A stretch of DNA of 64,000 nt from Amphiscolops sp. MND2022 (Eukaryota). Of this stretch, positions 40,401-54,000 are shown piece after piece. Made by a program: the position numbers and the translations under genes. How positions within the stretch are numbered: the stretch's first letter is position 1; every line of letters begins with the position of its first letter. The stretch is taken from positions 41,604,001 through 41,668,000 of the forward strand of contig OZ076413.1 in the NCBI GenBank assembly GCA_964187785.1, in the 5' to 3' direction. The notes under the pieces are model-generated. The model ran no database searches, had not been told where the DNA came from, and was given only the letters and a program-made list of their open reading frames with translations.

Positions 40401-41428
40401 CTGAGGACAATTCTTAAAAACCTTTCTCATCGACACCAGCAATTGACGGACGTTACCCATCAGCTTACAGGTTTCCTCGCCAACGACGCTTTGGAAACTC
40501 TTTTTTTGACAGTATGTCTCGAATCTCAAGTGAGTTCGCGAACGCTGAAGTCTAGGTTTCTCTGAAAGAAACAGACCATCATCGACTACCAACCCGAAGC
40601 ATGTGTCTCCAGCCGCCAGTTTCAACAACACTTCTGTAACGAATATACTGACTTCCCACCGGTATCACATCCACTGAGTACGTCACAACAGCAACCGCCG
40701 TAAACTATGGATCAAACAGCAGGTTCTGCTTTTCCCACGGCCGCATGCCAGCTCCCGTCAGTTGTGGAAGTCTCCACTACTCCAGCAGTCACTCTTTGTT
40801 CGAGTGAGCCGACAACCATTGTCACTTGTGTTAACCCATTTGGCACCTTGCCTACAAGCGTACCGCCTGTTTTTCCTCAAACTCGCCGCCAAAATTCAGC
40901 AGTGCATCTTTTCCAAAACGATGATCGCTCCGAAGCTCACCCTTTTGCAGAAAATACATATCTCGTTCCACCGAACCCCGCTTCTGTTATCCAGCTGCCA
41001 CTCGAAACTCAATCCAATTTTATTAACGCGAATTCCAGTTCAGCACACCTCATGTCTTGCTCCCACTCAACCATCCGTGCCTGTTCTCGTGTATCGCGTA
41101 CCCAACTTGAATCAGGCGTTTAAGCAACCCCTGCAAACTCCCAACAATTTTCTTTCCGTCTCGCCATCACAGTTCAACCAGCTTCAATTCGTCTCCCAAC
41201 TGCAACTGCCGCACGCGGTCTCTTCCATCGCTTCAAATATCGCGTTTGTGCAAACAATTTTGACGTACCTCTTCCACCTACAACAACAAAACCGGTCTTT
41301 GCCGAAAGCCTTTCGCGCCCGTTTCCTGACCCACAACCGTTTCCTCCTTCCTCCATTACTACTGCAGCATCTTTTGCCGCAACATCCCATCCCGTTCCGA
41401 CCAATGCCATTTCAACAACAATCGATGC
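33672..41428. repeat. Tandem segmental duplication, 2 x ~3.88 kb (33672-37550 and 37551-41428)
   Basis: Near-identical copies, with the junction ATCGATGC|CTGTAATTTG at 37550/37551 joining BEL gag to LINE ORF2 sequence. Confidence 0.95.
35392..37550 (+). mobile_element. Duplicated 5' fragment of the BEL/Pao element (LTR 35392-35527, PBS, gag start)
   Basis: Copy of 39282-41428, truncated at the duplication junction. Confidence 0.9.
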
Positions 41429-44400
41429 TTGTTCGCGTCCGATCGCTTCCACCTATATTCCAACTCCCCAGCCGTCAACCTACATTCCAACACACACCCA
41501 ACCACCAGCAATTAAACTTCCGCCTCTGCAGTTGCCCATGTTTGACGGTGACCCCCTTCAATAATATGATTATATTAACACTTTCAAGGCAAGAGTCCAT
41601 AGCAACTTGTCTATCACAGACACTCATCGGATAACTTATCTACAAAATTCAGTTAGTGGTCCAGCCAAAGACCTAATCAAAGGTTGTTCTTACAACCCCA
41701 CCTTCTACGCAGCAGCACTTGCTGATATCGAGAAACAGTTTTGCAACGCTGACTATATCGTCGCGTTATACCTCACAATGCTTGAAACCCACTCACAACT
41801 TCCTTTGCATGATGCCAAACTCATCACTGCCTACAACACGTTCATCAAAGAATTCACTCGAATCTTCTCTGATCTTGGTTTTTCCTCTGACTTAACGTCT
41901 TCCACTGTCCTTCGCTTAGCCAAAGACAAACTCCCGTCAAAGCTGCAGTGTATGACAAACTAACTCAACCTGCCGTCCTCCTCAAAAACTCAAGCTTCTT
42001 CTTTCAAACCCACATCTGATCGTGGTGGTTTCTCGTCCCAAGGTACTCATCGGAATCCAACAACCTAAAGAAAACATCTACCATCTTGTCCAATGTGTAG
42101 TCTTGAACACTATGCATCCAGTTGCCCAAAAGACCGTGAAGCCACTCCGAAGCAGCGTTTCAGCTTCGTCAAAAATCATAACCTTTGCTTTAACTGCCTA
42201 GGTAAAGATCACATGGAACTTTCGTGTCCGTCCAAAAATCGATGTTCCAAACACGATTGCAGTACACTCCATCACACTACACTTCATGAAGCCTTCAACC
42301 AACCGCATGCACGACCTCAGCCTGATCGAGAATCAAGACGGAACACCTTCAATGCTCTTCGTGGAACAGAACGCGGCCGACAACAACCGATTCGATCGCC
42401 ACCAACTGATGCCCCAACTCGCCCGTCACAGTTCAACGCCTTTCCCTTGAATGGAAGTTTTGAGAAATTCCCGAAAGACTTGTTTTCAGTTTTCAAATTG
42501 TCCTTGTTTCAGTTATCAATGATGTCAAAGTCTTTGATACCTACGCCCTCATTGATCCAGGAAGTACTGGTACATACGTCCTCGATCAGATCACGAAAGC
42601 CCTAAATATGGAAACCAGTGGAACCTTCGATTTAGATGTACAGTTTTTGAGTATCTCTCGCACGATATCCGTCTCTTCTACACACTTTCTTCTCGCCCCA
42701 TACGCTGACCACGAGAGAGTTTTCCTTGTTCGCAACGTCTTCTCCACTCCAAGCATCAACTTGCCCCCGCCGACACGAAGGAATTGAACGAAATCTGCTA
42801 ACAATTTCTTCAATTTCGACATATGAAATTCCCTGACATCGACAATGGTAAAATCGGAATACTCCTTGTTACATCTTGCGTGCAGTTCACCCACGCACTG
42901 GAATGGATTCACGGTGCTCCCAACTGTCCCGCCGGAAATCGAACAGAACTTGGGTGGACCAATGCCGGTGAATTCACGCACCCAGAAAACGAAAAACTCA
43001 CCTCCAGGTGTCACATGTTTCCTCTGCCTCACACTCGCCATCTCCCGAAATTCCACCTTCAACTGACGCGTTAAAAAATTATTGTACCATCTAAAAAGCC
43101 GGTTTTGAGCCTGCTATCAACAAAAAACTTTCCCTTGAAGAACAAGAAGCCCTCCGCATCTTGAATAAAACTTGTCATCACAATGGAGAACGCTATGGCT
43201 TCCCTTGGAAATCTTCTGCAACGCTTCCAAATACCTACTTTGCCGCAGTCAGTCAAACCCGTAGTCTTGAGAAACGTCTGAGAGACAAACCGATTGTCTT
43301 ACAGAAATACAAGGAAACCCTCACTAAAGATCTCGCCTTGAATTACGTCGATACTGTCATCAAACAGCATCCTCTCCTGATAAAATTTGGTATCTGGCAA
43401 CACACCCTGTTGAGAATCCAAACAAGCGAGAGAAAATTCGTCGCGTCGCGAAGGCAGCCTCAAAATTCAAAGGCTGTTCTCTCAATACTACTCTTCTGAC
43501 TGGACCTGATCTTTTAGCCGACTTGCTCGAACTGTTTCTCCGTTTTCGAGAACATGCCACTGGTGTCCTTGCTGACATCGAAAGCATGCAAATAGCAATC
43601 AGTAAAGAAGACCAAGCAGTCTTACGTTTTCTATGGTTTGGAAGACAACACATTTCGCCAGTACCAATACAACCGCCTAATTTTTGGCGCTAGTTGTTCG
43701 CCGTGTTGCGCAATTTTCGTACTCCAAAAATGCGCCGCCGACCATTCGACTCAGTTCCCGGACGTTGATCAAGCCGTCCGAAAAAAATTCTCCTTGGATG
43801 ACTTCATTAAGTCTTTTGCAAATGTGTCCGATGCTCGTCGTCTTACCGAAGCCTCACGCAACGTCCTCATTCGAGGCGGGTTCCGTCTCACGAAATTCTT
43901 ATCTAACAACTCCGCCGCCATCAGTCATCTTCCAGAATCCGAGAAAGAATCGCCCGTTCAAACAACCAGAGTCCTTGGTCAGACTTGGTGTCTGACTGAT
44001 GACACATACATTGCTCCTCCGCCAAAGCCCGTACTCATGACGACAACTCTACGCCAGCTTTTCAGTCTTGTCTCGTCTATTTTTGATCCCATCGGTTTAC
44101 TAGCGCCCTTCATCGTTCAATTTAAAATTCTTTTCCAGTCCCTTTGGAAACGTGGACAGAAATGGGATCAAATAAATCCGAATGATCTTCACACGATCGT
44201 AGTTAAACTCGTCGACCAATATCGAAACCTGCCTCCTATTTCTATCCCGCGTCAATTTTGCCAGCCCTGTACTCCCGTCCAGCTACACGTTTTCACAGAT
44301 GCCTCAATTTCGGCATTCGCCGCCGCCGTCATTTACGCCCGTCCCTTGCATACCGCTCCGAACCTCGCTGGGAAGAATCGTATCTCTTCACCCTGGTCCT

Positions 44401-44686
44401 GATGGAACAACCCGTGTCTGTTCAGTAAGAACAGCTTACGGAACTTTCGACTGACCCGCCGTTTCTCTTTCTCGTGTTTTCGCCCCAAGACAACTCGTTC
44501 CGTAATTTTAAATTTGCCTCTCCTCCTCTCTTCATTGCAGCACGGGGGGGTGGAGCATGTCACTGACGTGACTCATCAGCAACTGAAATACTTTAAAAAC
44601 TCTAATTGTTTTCGTGACTATTTCAGGCTTTGAGTGGAATTGTAGTCATTGAACTCAATTGAAGTAAAAGAAGTCAATCTTTTACA
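39282..44686 (+). mobile_element. BEL/Pao LTR retrotransposon, degenerate, integrase deleted; LTRs 39282-39417 and 44558-44686
   Basis: TG...CA LTRs, 5-bp TSD CTTAT on both sides, PBS TGGCGCT, G-tract before the 3' LTR. Gag KLPPLQLPMFDGDPL, triple knuckle C..C...H...CFNCLGKDH...C...HHTTLH, protease LIDPGS, RT FGASCSP/LDD, RNase H LHVFTDAS. Confidence 0.95.
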
Positions 44687-45048
44687 CTTATACTTCCTGA
44701 AAATGAATTCATTGAATGTTTTATTTATCGTTCTGTAAGTATCTTTTATTTTTTTTAGATTGCCTAAACTATAAAATTTAAAAATCATATATGTGCATGG
44801 AGTGAAACACAAGTAATGATCAATTATTATTTACCCCACAGTGTTACATGCAATTATTATCATGCAATTGTTTCATGTTTGGAACCATTCTTTTAGGGGA
44901 AAATAGGTCCGTTTTGAACAGCTTCCACTGACAACGCATTTGCAACTTTGAGAAGCAGAACTGCCAATTCGCGAATGAATTTTGATATTTAGCATTAATA
45001 AGTAATGAAAAACTTACCAAACAGTTTGGGCCAAACACTTGAACTCAC

Positions 45049-45104
45049 CTGGGGTCATTGATTCGTTCGATGCATATTGGGCATTCAAGCGAACCCACTT
45101 TCAT
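45049..45104 (-). CDS. Exon 1 of RING/B-box(/Kelch) TRIM-like E3 ligase gene (MKVGSLECPICIERINDPR)
   Basis: AAAAATG start, CxxC of the RING, and a perfect AG|GTGAGT donor in phase 2 that joins exon 27015 to give DPRMLPCQH. Confidence 0.8.
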
Positions 45105-47644
45105 TTTTATGCTTGCGAAAGCCATTGCAGGACGTCTCCACGTTGTTTAACTTCTTTTATAGACTCCAAAAGCTCAACTCTTTTTGCTTCGTTAAAAAGC
45201 TCCAAAATAAAGTGTTAAAAACGGTTGATTCAATTGTTTATTTCTTTCCGTTTTCGTATTTCAATCGGAGTTTAAGCAATTGTAGATTTAATGGATTTGA
45301 TGGGAAACTTTTCAATTTATGCCTTTTTGTTAAAATCTGAAATGTCTGAATTTTTGAACTTTTTTCTCACTTTTCACATTTTCTCTAAAAAACACAAGTT
45401 AAAGCTGAGAAAATGAATTTCCACTAATTTCAATAATTTTAAAGCTATTTGCTTGAAGCAAAGGAGTTACGTTATTCCAGATCACAAGTGTTTGAACTGT
45501 TTTCAACACTCTAACATATTTGGTCTGAACTATTATAGGAATCACAAGCTTCAATAATTACTACATCTTTCATCACGCAGTTGTAACAAATAAATTTCGT
45601 AGTTGAGCTTTGAATTTACACTTTCTTTTATAAAATATCATACGATTGACTTTGAGAATTCCACAGAATGTTTGTTTCTCGGATGCTCATGTAATCAACG
45701 AACAACTTCCTTGTTTCACCAAACTCAACGTTGCACAACTTTTCGTCAATACAAGAAGAACCGATTATCAAACATCGAACGACATATACTAGTATACTAG
45801 TATACTACCGAAAAGATGAAATATCTCAATTTTGCTTAAAAAAATTCAAAGCGCAACAAACTTTTGATATTGCGCTCTGAACCATTTCGTTTTCCGAATC
45901 TAATGTTTTAGCTTTTTGGTACTAGTGTAAGTTTATGCTTCGCTTAAGGCTAGAGAAGCGATGTGCGAGCAGTTCAAGTTGCTTAGAACATATTTGTGTA
46001 GAAAAGACTTGGTTCCAAAAGACTGGGACATACATGTATTATGCTTATACTCAACAAGTTTTTGGAGAAAGTCCCAAAGAGCCAAAAACAAGATGGAACG
46101 CTTTGGACACAAATGAAGTTATTTCTTAACTGAAGGTATACATAAAACCAAATACCGGGGGTATTTAAAATCAAATAATCGGATCACATCACAAATCACG
46201 AAAAGTATCAGCAACATTGATTTTCTAATATCAAAGTGGACGATTTTTCTTTTAAAAAATTCACCAAAATGCCCCTTTGGTTTTTTGATGTCTTCGGTTA
46301 GGAAAAAGCACCCTAGAGTATCCCAGCACTGATGGTTTTCCGGCACTGAGATATCTCAAAATTTTTGTACTCACAAAAATTGTACAAAATGGTCCCCCGT
46401 TTGGTATTTGTGATACTAGTTATAAAAATGACTTTTTAGACCCAAATGCCCCTTTTAGAATTTTCGGCACTGTGCAACTAATTTGGAAAATAATTTATTT
46501 CACCTAAAAATTCTCGTTTTGATTTTTGGATGCTTCTGGTGAGAAAGAAACCGAACAAAAAAATTTTAAGCCCTATAGGGTTCATTTCGGCACTCTAAAC
46601 TGTGAGGTTGAGAAGTTATTTTAAAAATGAATACTTTTGTTCTTTTTGAGCATCAAGCAGTTATCAACTGATGCTGCTCCCGGTTTGTTGAGTATTAAAC
46701 AGGGGTCGACTTTAGACTATGGTGTCTTGCGATATGTAACTTTCATTCAACGCGAACACTAACTTTTTTCCAATGATGTTGTCTGTATCTTATCAGCTGC
46801 TGCAAAACTCGAGCAGGAAAAAAGGAATATCATTTTTGAGAGTATTTGTAGGAACAGAACTTTGGACCTCGCGAGAAATTTGAAGAATTAGAAACTTTTT
46901 GTCAAAAATGATTATTGACTGATCTTTTCTATGTAAATTCTGGATAGAGTGTATGAAAAAGAGGAACGTTTATTGACAATTTTGAATTAGTTTCAGAATA
47001 ATCAACTATTTCGACAAACACGGTGCATGAATGTTAAGTGAGTGAGTGATTTACTGAATTATAACCACCGTCAGCTTTCTTAGAGAATGCAAAAATATTG
47101 TCAGAGTCTCCTGTGAGAACTTTTAAAATTTGACTAAAAAAATTCTAAAAAATAGAACAAGACTATTGGGTATACCGAAATTCGATGCATAGACGCTCAC
47201 TAGACTCAGTGAAAGCTTATCGGTTGAAGAGAAAAAAAAACAAAAGGAAACTGAAAAGGTGTTAGATGAAAAAATCAAAGTTACGGAAAGTTTTCCGCAG
47301 CATTTAATTGTCGCATGATTTTTAAAAATTCATACAGAATATCATACTGGCGCTGCAACTATAGAGAAGATTAAGCTGCAGCGCAAGCTGTCTTACATTT
47401 CCTTAACTAAATTGGATCATGTCATATTTTTCTAAGCTGTCAGCTTCCTTCGAGTTTTCAACAATTTTGCGGTTGCAGTTTCCAATTTGTTTTTTTTTTC
47501 TGTCGTGTTTGGAATTAGTCTAGTTTCAAGTTGAATAGGTGTTGTGTTATATCCATTCTTTGAGTGATTGTTCTGTTGATATCACTTATAAATTAGCATC
47601 TTCACGCCTTGAACTTGACGGCATCTGTGAAGGTCAAAAGTTCG

Positions 47645-48028
47645 TCAGTTGATGTCGCATAGTAACGCCACTCCCCTGAGTGTCCAGTAATCCGGACCCT
47701 GGTTCTGACCAGTGCGTAGATCCACGGCTGTTATGAAGTTCAAGTCTGTCCGGCGCTGCTTCTTGTAAACCGGGCACGAATACAATCTAGGATCCCGATT
47801 AGTTTGAGTATTGGCACTCAGATGCATAACTGGCATCTGTTCCGTCAGGATCTTGGGTTTCGCTTCCCAAAGGCGTGAATTCTTTCGATCCCATCCCGCA
47901 CCCTCTATGAACAGACCCGTGACATATACGCCCTCTGCCGGTGGTTTGAGGTCATTGGAGTCTTTGAGAACCTCGTTGGTTAAACTGACAGCGTCGAGGG
48001 CCCATCCTTTGTGAGCTCTGGTCACTTC
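47645..48028 (-). CDS. DNAH5: Dynein heavy chain, last exon with stop codon
   Basis: [16 protein letters not shown]...YSCPVYKK...[13 protein letters not shown]. Confidence 0.95.
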   Translation of the reverse strand, partial: EVTRAHKGWALDAVSLTNEVLKDSNDLKPPAEGVYVTGLFIEGAGWDRKNSRLWEAKPKILTEQMPVMHLSANTQTNRDPRLYSCPVYKKQRRTDLNFITAVDLRTGQNQGPDYWTLRGVALLCDIN

Positions 48029-51000
48029 CTGAATCACATCAGAAGTTCAAAACTGAACGAAATCGAAGAAGTACTAAAACTTAGAATCTTGAAAAAAACT
48101 TGCAATGAAAGGACTTTTATCAAAATAAACACTAAAAAAATATTGCCAAAACCAACTGTGGACTTTTATCTACCCAGGGTTCGAATCCAGTAGCAATCTG
48201 TTCGACCGTTTTGTAAACCTACCCTAGTTGAAACTTCAGACACTGACAGATTCTTCATCCAACATCTTGCATTTGAATGCATGATTCTGTCAGGTGACTT
48301 CCGAAATCTTGGTAATAGAAGCTCTGAAAAGTGGCTGATTCTTTGAAGTTGATGCCAAATTTTATCTGATTGAGAAACTACAGTTGCAAAGAACTAATGA
48401 CTCACTTGTTTCATGGCCGTTAAGAATCCCTGGGGGTTGAAGAATCCAGTCATCCAGAAGAGAACGGGTCTGCCCTCGAAGAGCCAGCTTCTGAACTGCT
48501 CGTTCCTCTGCTGCAGGTCTGTGAACCAGAAACCCAGCGAGGAAGTCTGCCAGGAGATCTTCATCCATCCACTGGGGATCCTCCCGTCGAACAGACAATC
48601 CAGTGCATCTCTCAGGCTCTACGGAAAAAGACTAATTTTATACTGTGTATGAAAGGGGTAGATGTTAAAAAGGTTTGTTTTGCGGAACTCATAGTCAAAA
48701 ACTGGAAGATAATCAAATCAATTTAAACTTGTAAAGACCCTTCTCAGGTTTTTGTATTGTGTATTGCAAAGCTAATTCAAGAAAAAAAAACATTATGCGC
48801 AGCTCAATTTCATTTATATACATGTTGTTCATGATAAACTTGGAACTAGCACATATGATAATGAAACAAAATAATATTTTTTGCAATGACCCCCCACGTG
48901 TAATGCAGAACGCATACCTCATTCATAATAATAGTCCCCTCTATTGCCAACTTGAGGTCAGCAAGGGTGACCCGTACGGCCTTGATCACGCGGTTCATGC
49001 GGTCGACCTCTTGTCTGAGGAAGATGTTCATTGGCTGCTCTTTGCCCATTTTGGTCAGTCTGTCCCTGACCTCGTGGGGGTTATAATCGGGGGGACACTT
49101 GGACATGAGATCCTGTGCCATCCTGTACACCACCGTCTCTCTGGTCTCGCCGCCACTGCCAGAGCTGTCTTTGGGCTGGATGTCCAGAATCGTGTCCAGA
49201 ATGGTCTTGGCACTCTGGCGTTGATATCTGTGAATTTGCAAATTACAATAGAAATAAAATCATGAGTAATGGACTCTTCATAGTGATTGGATTTTATATT
49301 TTCGCTATAATTTAATTTTTTGCTCTTTGTCAGCTCTGGTTTCGGATGAATGGCTCATTATCAAGTTTGATGAATGAAATGCTTCAAAAAAGTCAAAATA
49401 TGACAGTAACATTGGACGACTAACACCGCAAAATTTCTTTTTAACGAAGTCTCTCGTATCTGCACCACTGTAGAAAAAGAGGTGGATCTTTCGAACCTAA
49501 TTAGTTTTCACTTTTTTGCGTGGAATCTTTGGCTAGTTTGACAAAATTTAATCATCCATTTCTACATCAGGAAAAACGTTCAGAAATAATTCAAAACTTG
49601 CTCAAAAACTCAAAGAGTAAATTTACTGTCTTTTTACTGAAACCTCAGATTAATCTATAAATTACATTGAAGAACTATTGATAAAACTTCTCAGCTCACG
49701 GAACACGGAACAAATTTTAGGCATTTAGTCTATCCGAACAAAGCGAACTCTAATCTCAAGTAATGTAAACAAGCCGGGACCGGCCCAAGTCGGTGCCATA
49801 TCTAAGGCTCAAAAATAGCAGAATGACGTCAAAATGTCAAAGTATTGGTGAATTGAGGACCCTTTTATGAAAAAAAAACTTTTGAAAAAGTCTCACAATG
49901 CCAAAAAACTGAAGGAGGGGAGGGGACCCTTTGGGATTTTTCATCATCCATTCTGTCGCAAAACTCAATTCTGTCAAAAAAAATTGAAGCGGGACCCTTT
50001 GGGAAAACAATTTACGAAAAAAATCTCGCAATGCCGAAAAACTGAAAAGGGGCCCTTTAGTCTCCTCCGGTATTGCATGTTACGCGGGAAACCTTTTTGG
50101 TTCAGTTCCTTGGGCCAACGGAAACAATTTGGCGTCTTCTTAAAATTTTGTTGAACTTTTGGTAGAACTATTTTCGTCACTTCAGTTGTATCGAAAATTT
50201 TTTTTTAAAAAAAGACACTGACGATAAGCCATGACTATAGTCGGCTCTTTTCAAGAAAAGCGCTGACTAAAAAGCGACGAGACCAGTCGTTCGCAAATGG
50301 AAAAGACTCACCTCTTCATTGAAAATATGCTTGAAAAATCTCGTTTTTGTATGACACTCTTCATCTTCATTTTTCTATTTTTCAGAATATTAGAACGCAT
50401 TTAACATTGAAAGATCTTTGCTAACGAACTCAAAAAAAACATTTTGATTTCTTGAAGTAAAAACTGAATTGGCATAGTAGGCTGCCTCCCCTAGTATTTT
50501 TAGTAGGCGCTTTTCTTTAGTCATGGCTTATCGTCAATTTTTTTCGATACACCTGAACTATCAAAAATAGTTCTACCAAAAGTTCAATTTTGGCAAAATC
50601 GTTTTTGCCATCTACATAGCACGTTTGAAATGTAAAAGGGTCCCTTCGACATTAACACAACCCATACCGGATTTAACGCAAACCAGGTATAACGAATTCC
50701 GGATACAACGTAAACCGGATATAACGTTTCTTGGAGATTTTCAATGATACAAAAGGGTCCTCCTTTTTGATTTTTAGGATATTAAATAATACAAAATTGT
50801 TTGAATTCAAAGGGTCACACTTTGGTTTTTTTTCGGTATTGTGAGACCTTATTCTTTTTGAACTTAGCAGAACAGCTGTTTAATTCTCGATACATCATCA
50901 TACTTTGTTTGAGCTTTATTTGGCCCTCCGCTTTCATAGCTGATTTCGACTTCAGAAATAGTAGTTCCTTTTTTCGGCACTTTGAGACTTTTCCGAAAAA

Positions 51001-54000
51001 AATCGATTTTTTTGACAAAATGGTTTTTTGTGCTTCCAGTTGTTTCCTAGTCTTATGCGTATCCTTTGGAGTATTTTTCAGCACTGAGAAAGTGATAAAA
51101 GTGTAAATACCGTTTTCTTTGCATATTCAAGAAACTTGAGCGGGCGCCGACTTGGGGCGGTCCCGGATTGTTCAACTACGTAGTAGAGAACCGAACTGTT
51201 AGGGCAGAAAAACGGTCTGTTGCCGGCAGCAAATCACAAGTCACTTAACCCAAGGTTCTCATATGGATCACCTGCTATTTTGCCCACAAATGAACAACCT
51301 AACAAAAGTCCTCAGATACTGGCGTTCAACTTTGTTTGCCGGTGAGTTGTTGCGAAGTCGAAATACAATCCAAATTGAACGCTGATTCAGGCTGGGTCGA
51401 TAACTTGTGTTCATCGGAATAAATTAGCAGTGAGAACGTTCATCCATTGTGTCAAAAAGTTGAAAACTAGTATCGTGTTTTTTGTCCGAGACAAAAACGT
51501 AGCCCGCAATGTTAAGGCTCCAATCGAACGTGTTCTATCCGAATCGGTTTCAGCACTTACGGACTTCTCTGCATCAACGTTTCTACACGCTCTAAGAACT
51601 CTCAGTTCACTTTGAACCGCATACTGTTGTATCTAAATTTCCAATTGAATACACATGGCGGCTTTAAAGCTATTACGTTACGGTTGAACTGAAACATATC
51701 ACATGCGAAGTGGACTCACGTGATATCAGCGTTGGGGTGTAGTCCGAACGCTTCTGGGGTGTCTGTGGTGGGTAAAGTGGAAATGAAGTCGAGGTAGCTT
51801 TCTATGGACTTTAGGTTTTGGGGTATGGAGTAGCCCTTGTGGAAGCAGAAGGTAGGCTGGAACATGTCTTCTTTGAACCAAGTTGACGCAAAGGTCTTCA
51901 AAAGTCTCTCGTCGTAGTCGTCGGTGACTCGGCCCCCGTATTGGATCTCCCCTATCATGTATCGCACTGTGGCCCATTGCACGCCCTGTGAAGACAAATG
52001 TTTTTTGAAACTGTCTGGTTGTTACGAAAACTCATAGATGAAGAAAATTTAATGTGAATGATATCTCCCAATGATACGAAATTAATAAAACCTAGCTCGA
52101 CTGAACACCTGCACCACAGCCTATCTCCAATCTGATTGGCCAACGACTGAACTACTCAATTCTCACCTTCTTCGGATCCATATCGTCGAGATGGTTCTGC
52201 ACGAACTGTACGGTGGCAGTGAAGTCAGCCGAGTTGAACTCGTATGGAATATTCCACCCGATGGGCCCGAACTTACGTCTTTCTTGCACGGCTGTGTGGA
52301 GGAATGCTACTGCATAGAGCATCGTTTTCCATTGGTACACGTTGGTGTAATCCAGGGTATCTTGACTCAAGGCCACGAAAGTTCTCCTCAGACCAGGCTT
52401 GATGCCCTGTGGAGGCTCGTTCGTGAATTTTATACACATCTGAAAAGCACAGGAAATTTTTGTTTTTGCTAGTTTTTTGCTTTGTTAAAGAACTACTTCA
52501 ACGAGTTCTTGAATACGAAAATGAAATGCAGCATTTCTGCTACCCATTCAAAATCACAAACTTTTAAACAACTTTCATCTATGAAGGATTCTGAGTGTAT
52601 CATTCACTGCTTGCCAACATACCATTAAGCTCACATCTGAAAGGTTCGTTTCAGATTTTACCTTTTCGCTGCAAGCTGTGATATAGTTTTGGGTTTATAA
52701 TTAGTTCTCGAAATGTAAAAAAAATATCGAGTAAAAACTCAAACATTCTAGGTCGAATGTTTTAAACGCGAAAGCAAAACATCAGTCACGAGCACTCAAC
52801 TTCACTGAACGTAGATTGATTATTTTCACTGTAAACTGTTCTACAACTTTTCAAGTTTTGTTTGACCTCTGACCTCTGACCTCAACATCCTCTGTCCTCT
52901 CATACCTCTCATACTGATATTGGGTCGACTGGAAGCACGGTTTAACGTACCTGTAGCAGCGTAATGGGGAACTTGGGGTGTGGTTCAGTGGTGAGCCACA
53001 ATCTGAAGTCAGGGTGCATGTTCTCCTGTTCTGACACAATCAAGATGACCTCTTCCATGAAGGCCAATGACAAGTGGGTGTTCTGCAACAACACCCAGCC
53101 CCCTGTGGCCGTGAACTGCTGGAACAACTTCCGGGCGTGCACTTCTTGGCCCTGACCCATAGAAATGGCCTTGCATTCTGCAACAGAATGTATCCTTCAC
53201 TGTCAAATACTTCTACTATACATGTATTTCTAGGATATTAAATAACCATTTGCACAACCACTTTTTGTGAAGACCAAAGTTTCCTATTTAGAGTATACGT
53301 CACAATTATAATTCGTCTCAAAGATGACGCAAACGAGTTTCTGTCAGCTTTTTTTGAAAAAGCTGTTTTAACTGCATACTGACTACAAAATAAATGAAAG
53401 TCGAGCAAGATGAACGAAAACGATCTAGCTACATAGATTAAATTTCGGATTGAATTCATCATATTGTTTCTGAATTCTTTCTTCGAAGTGAGGGCAAGTT
53501 TTTTTTCAAAGCAATGAATTCAACATGTATTCGAGAAAATACTTTTTGAAGCTATGAGGAATGACCTTTTCCGTGTCGCTTAGCAAGGATCATAATGTCA
53601 TTGGTGGGGTCACTGCCCATGGAGAGGAAGCAGATCATAGGTGACCTCGGGGTCGACTCTTCCAGCAACTTTTCTAGGTCAAGCACCACCCCGTCCACGT
53701 ACTTCTCACCCTAAAAACGGGTTCAAGAAAAAAGGTAATTTGTTTGGATGTTATGTAAAACGAGTAATTTGTTTTATAGTGTTATACAAACAAAAGTGTT
53801 TTTGAAATATTACAAAATGTCAATTCTTTTCGTAATAAGGACACCCATAAAGGACGAGGTATGAGCACTAGTTCTCCATTTGAAGTATATAAACTGGTAC
53901 TTTGGTATTTGATTGAGCTTCTACTTGAGCCGAACTTACTTAATTTATTTCATTTTTATTTCATTAAAAAAATCGCTCTACCAGTGAGAGAAATTCTTCA

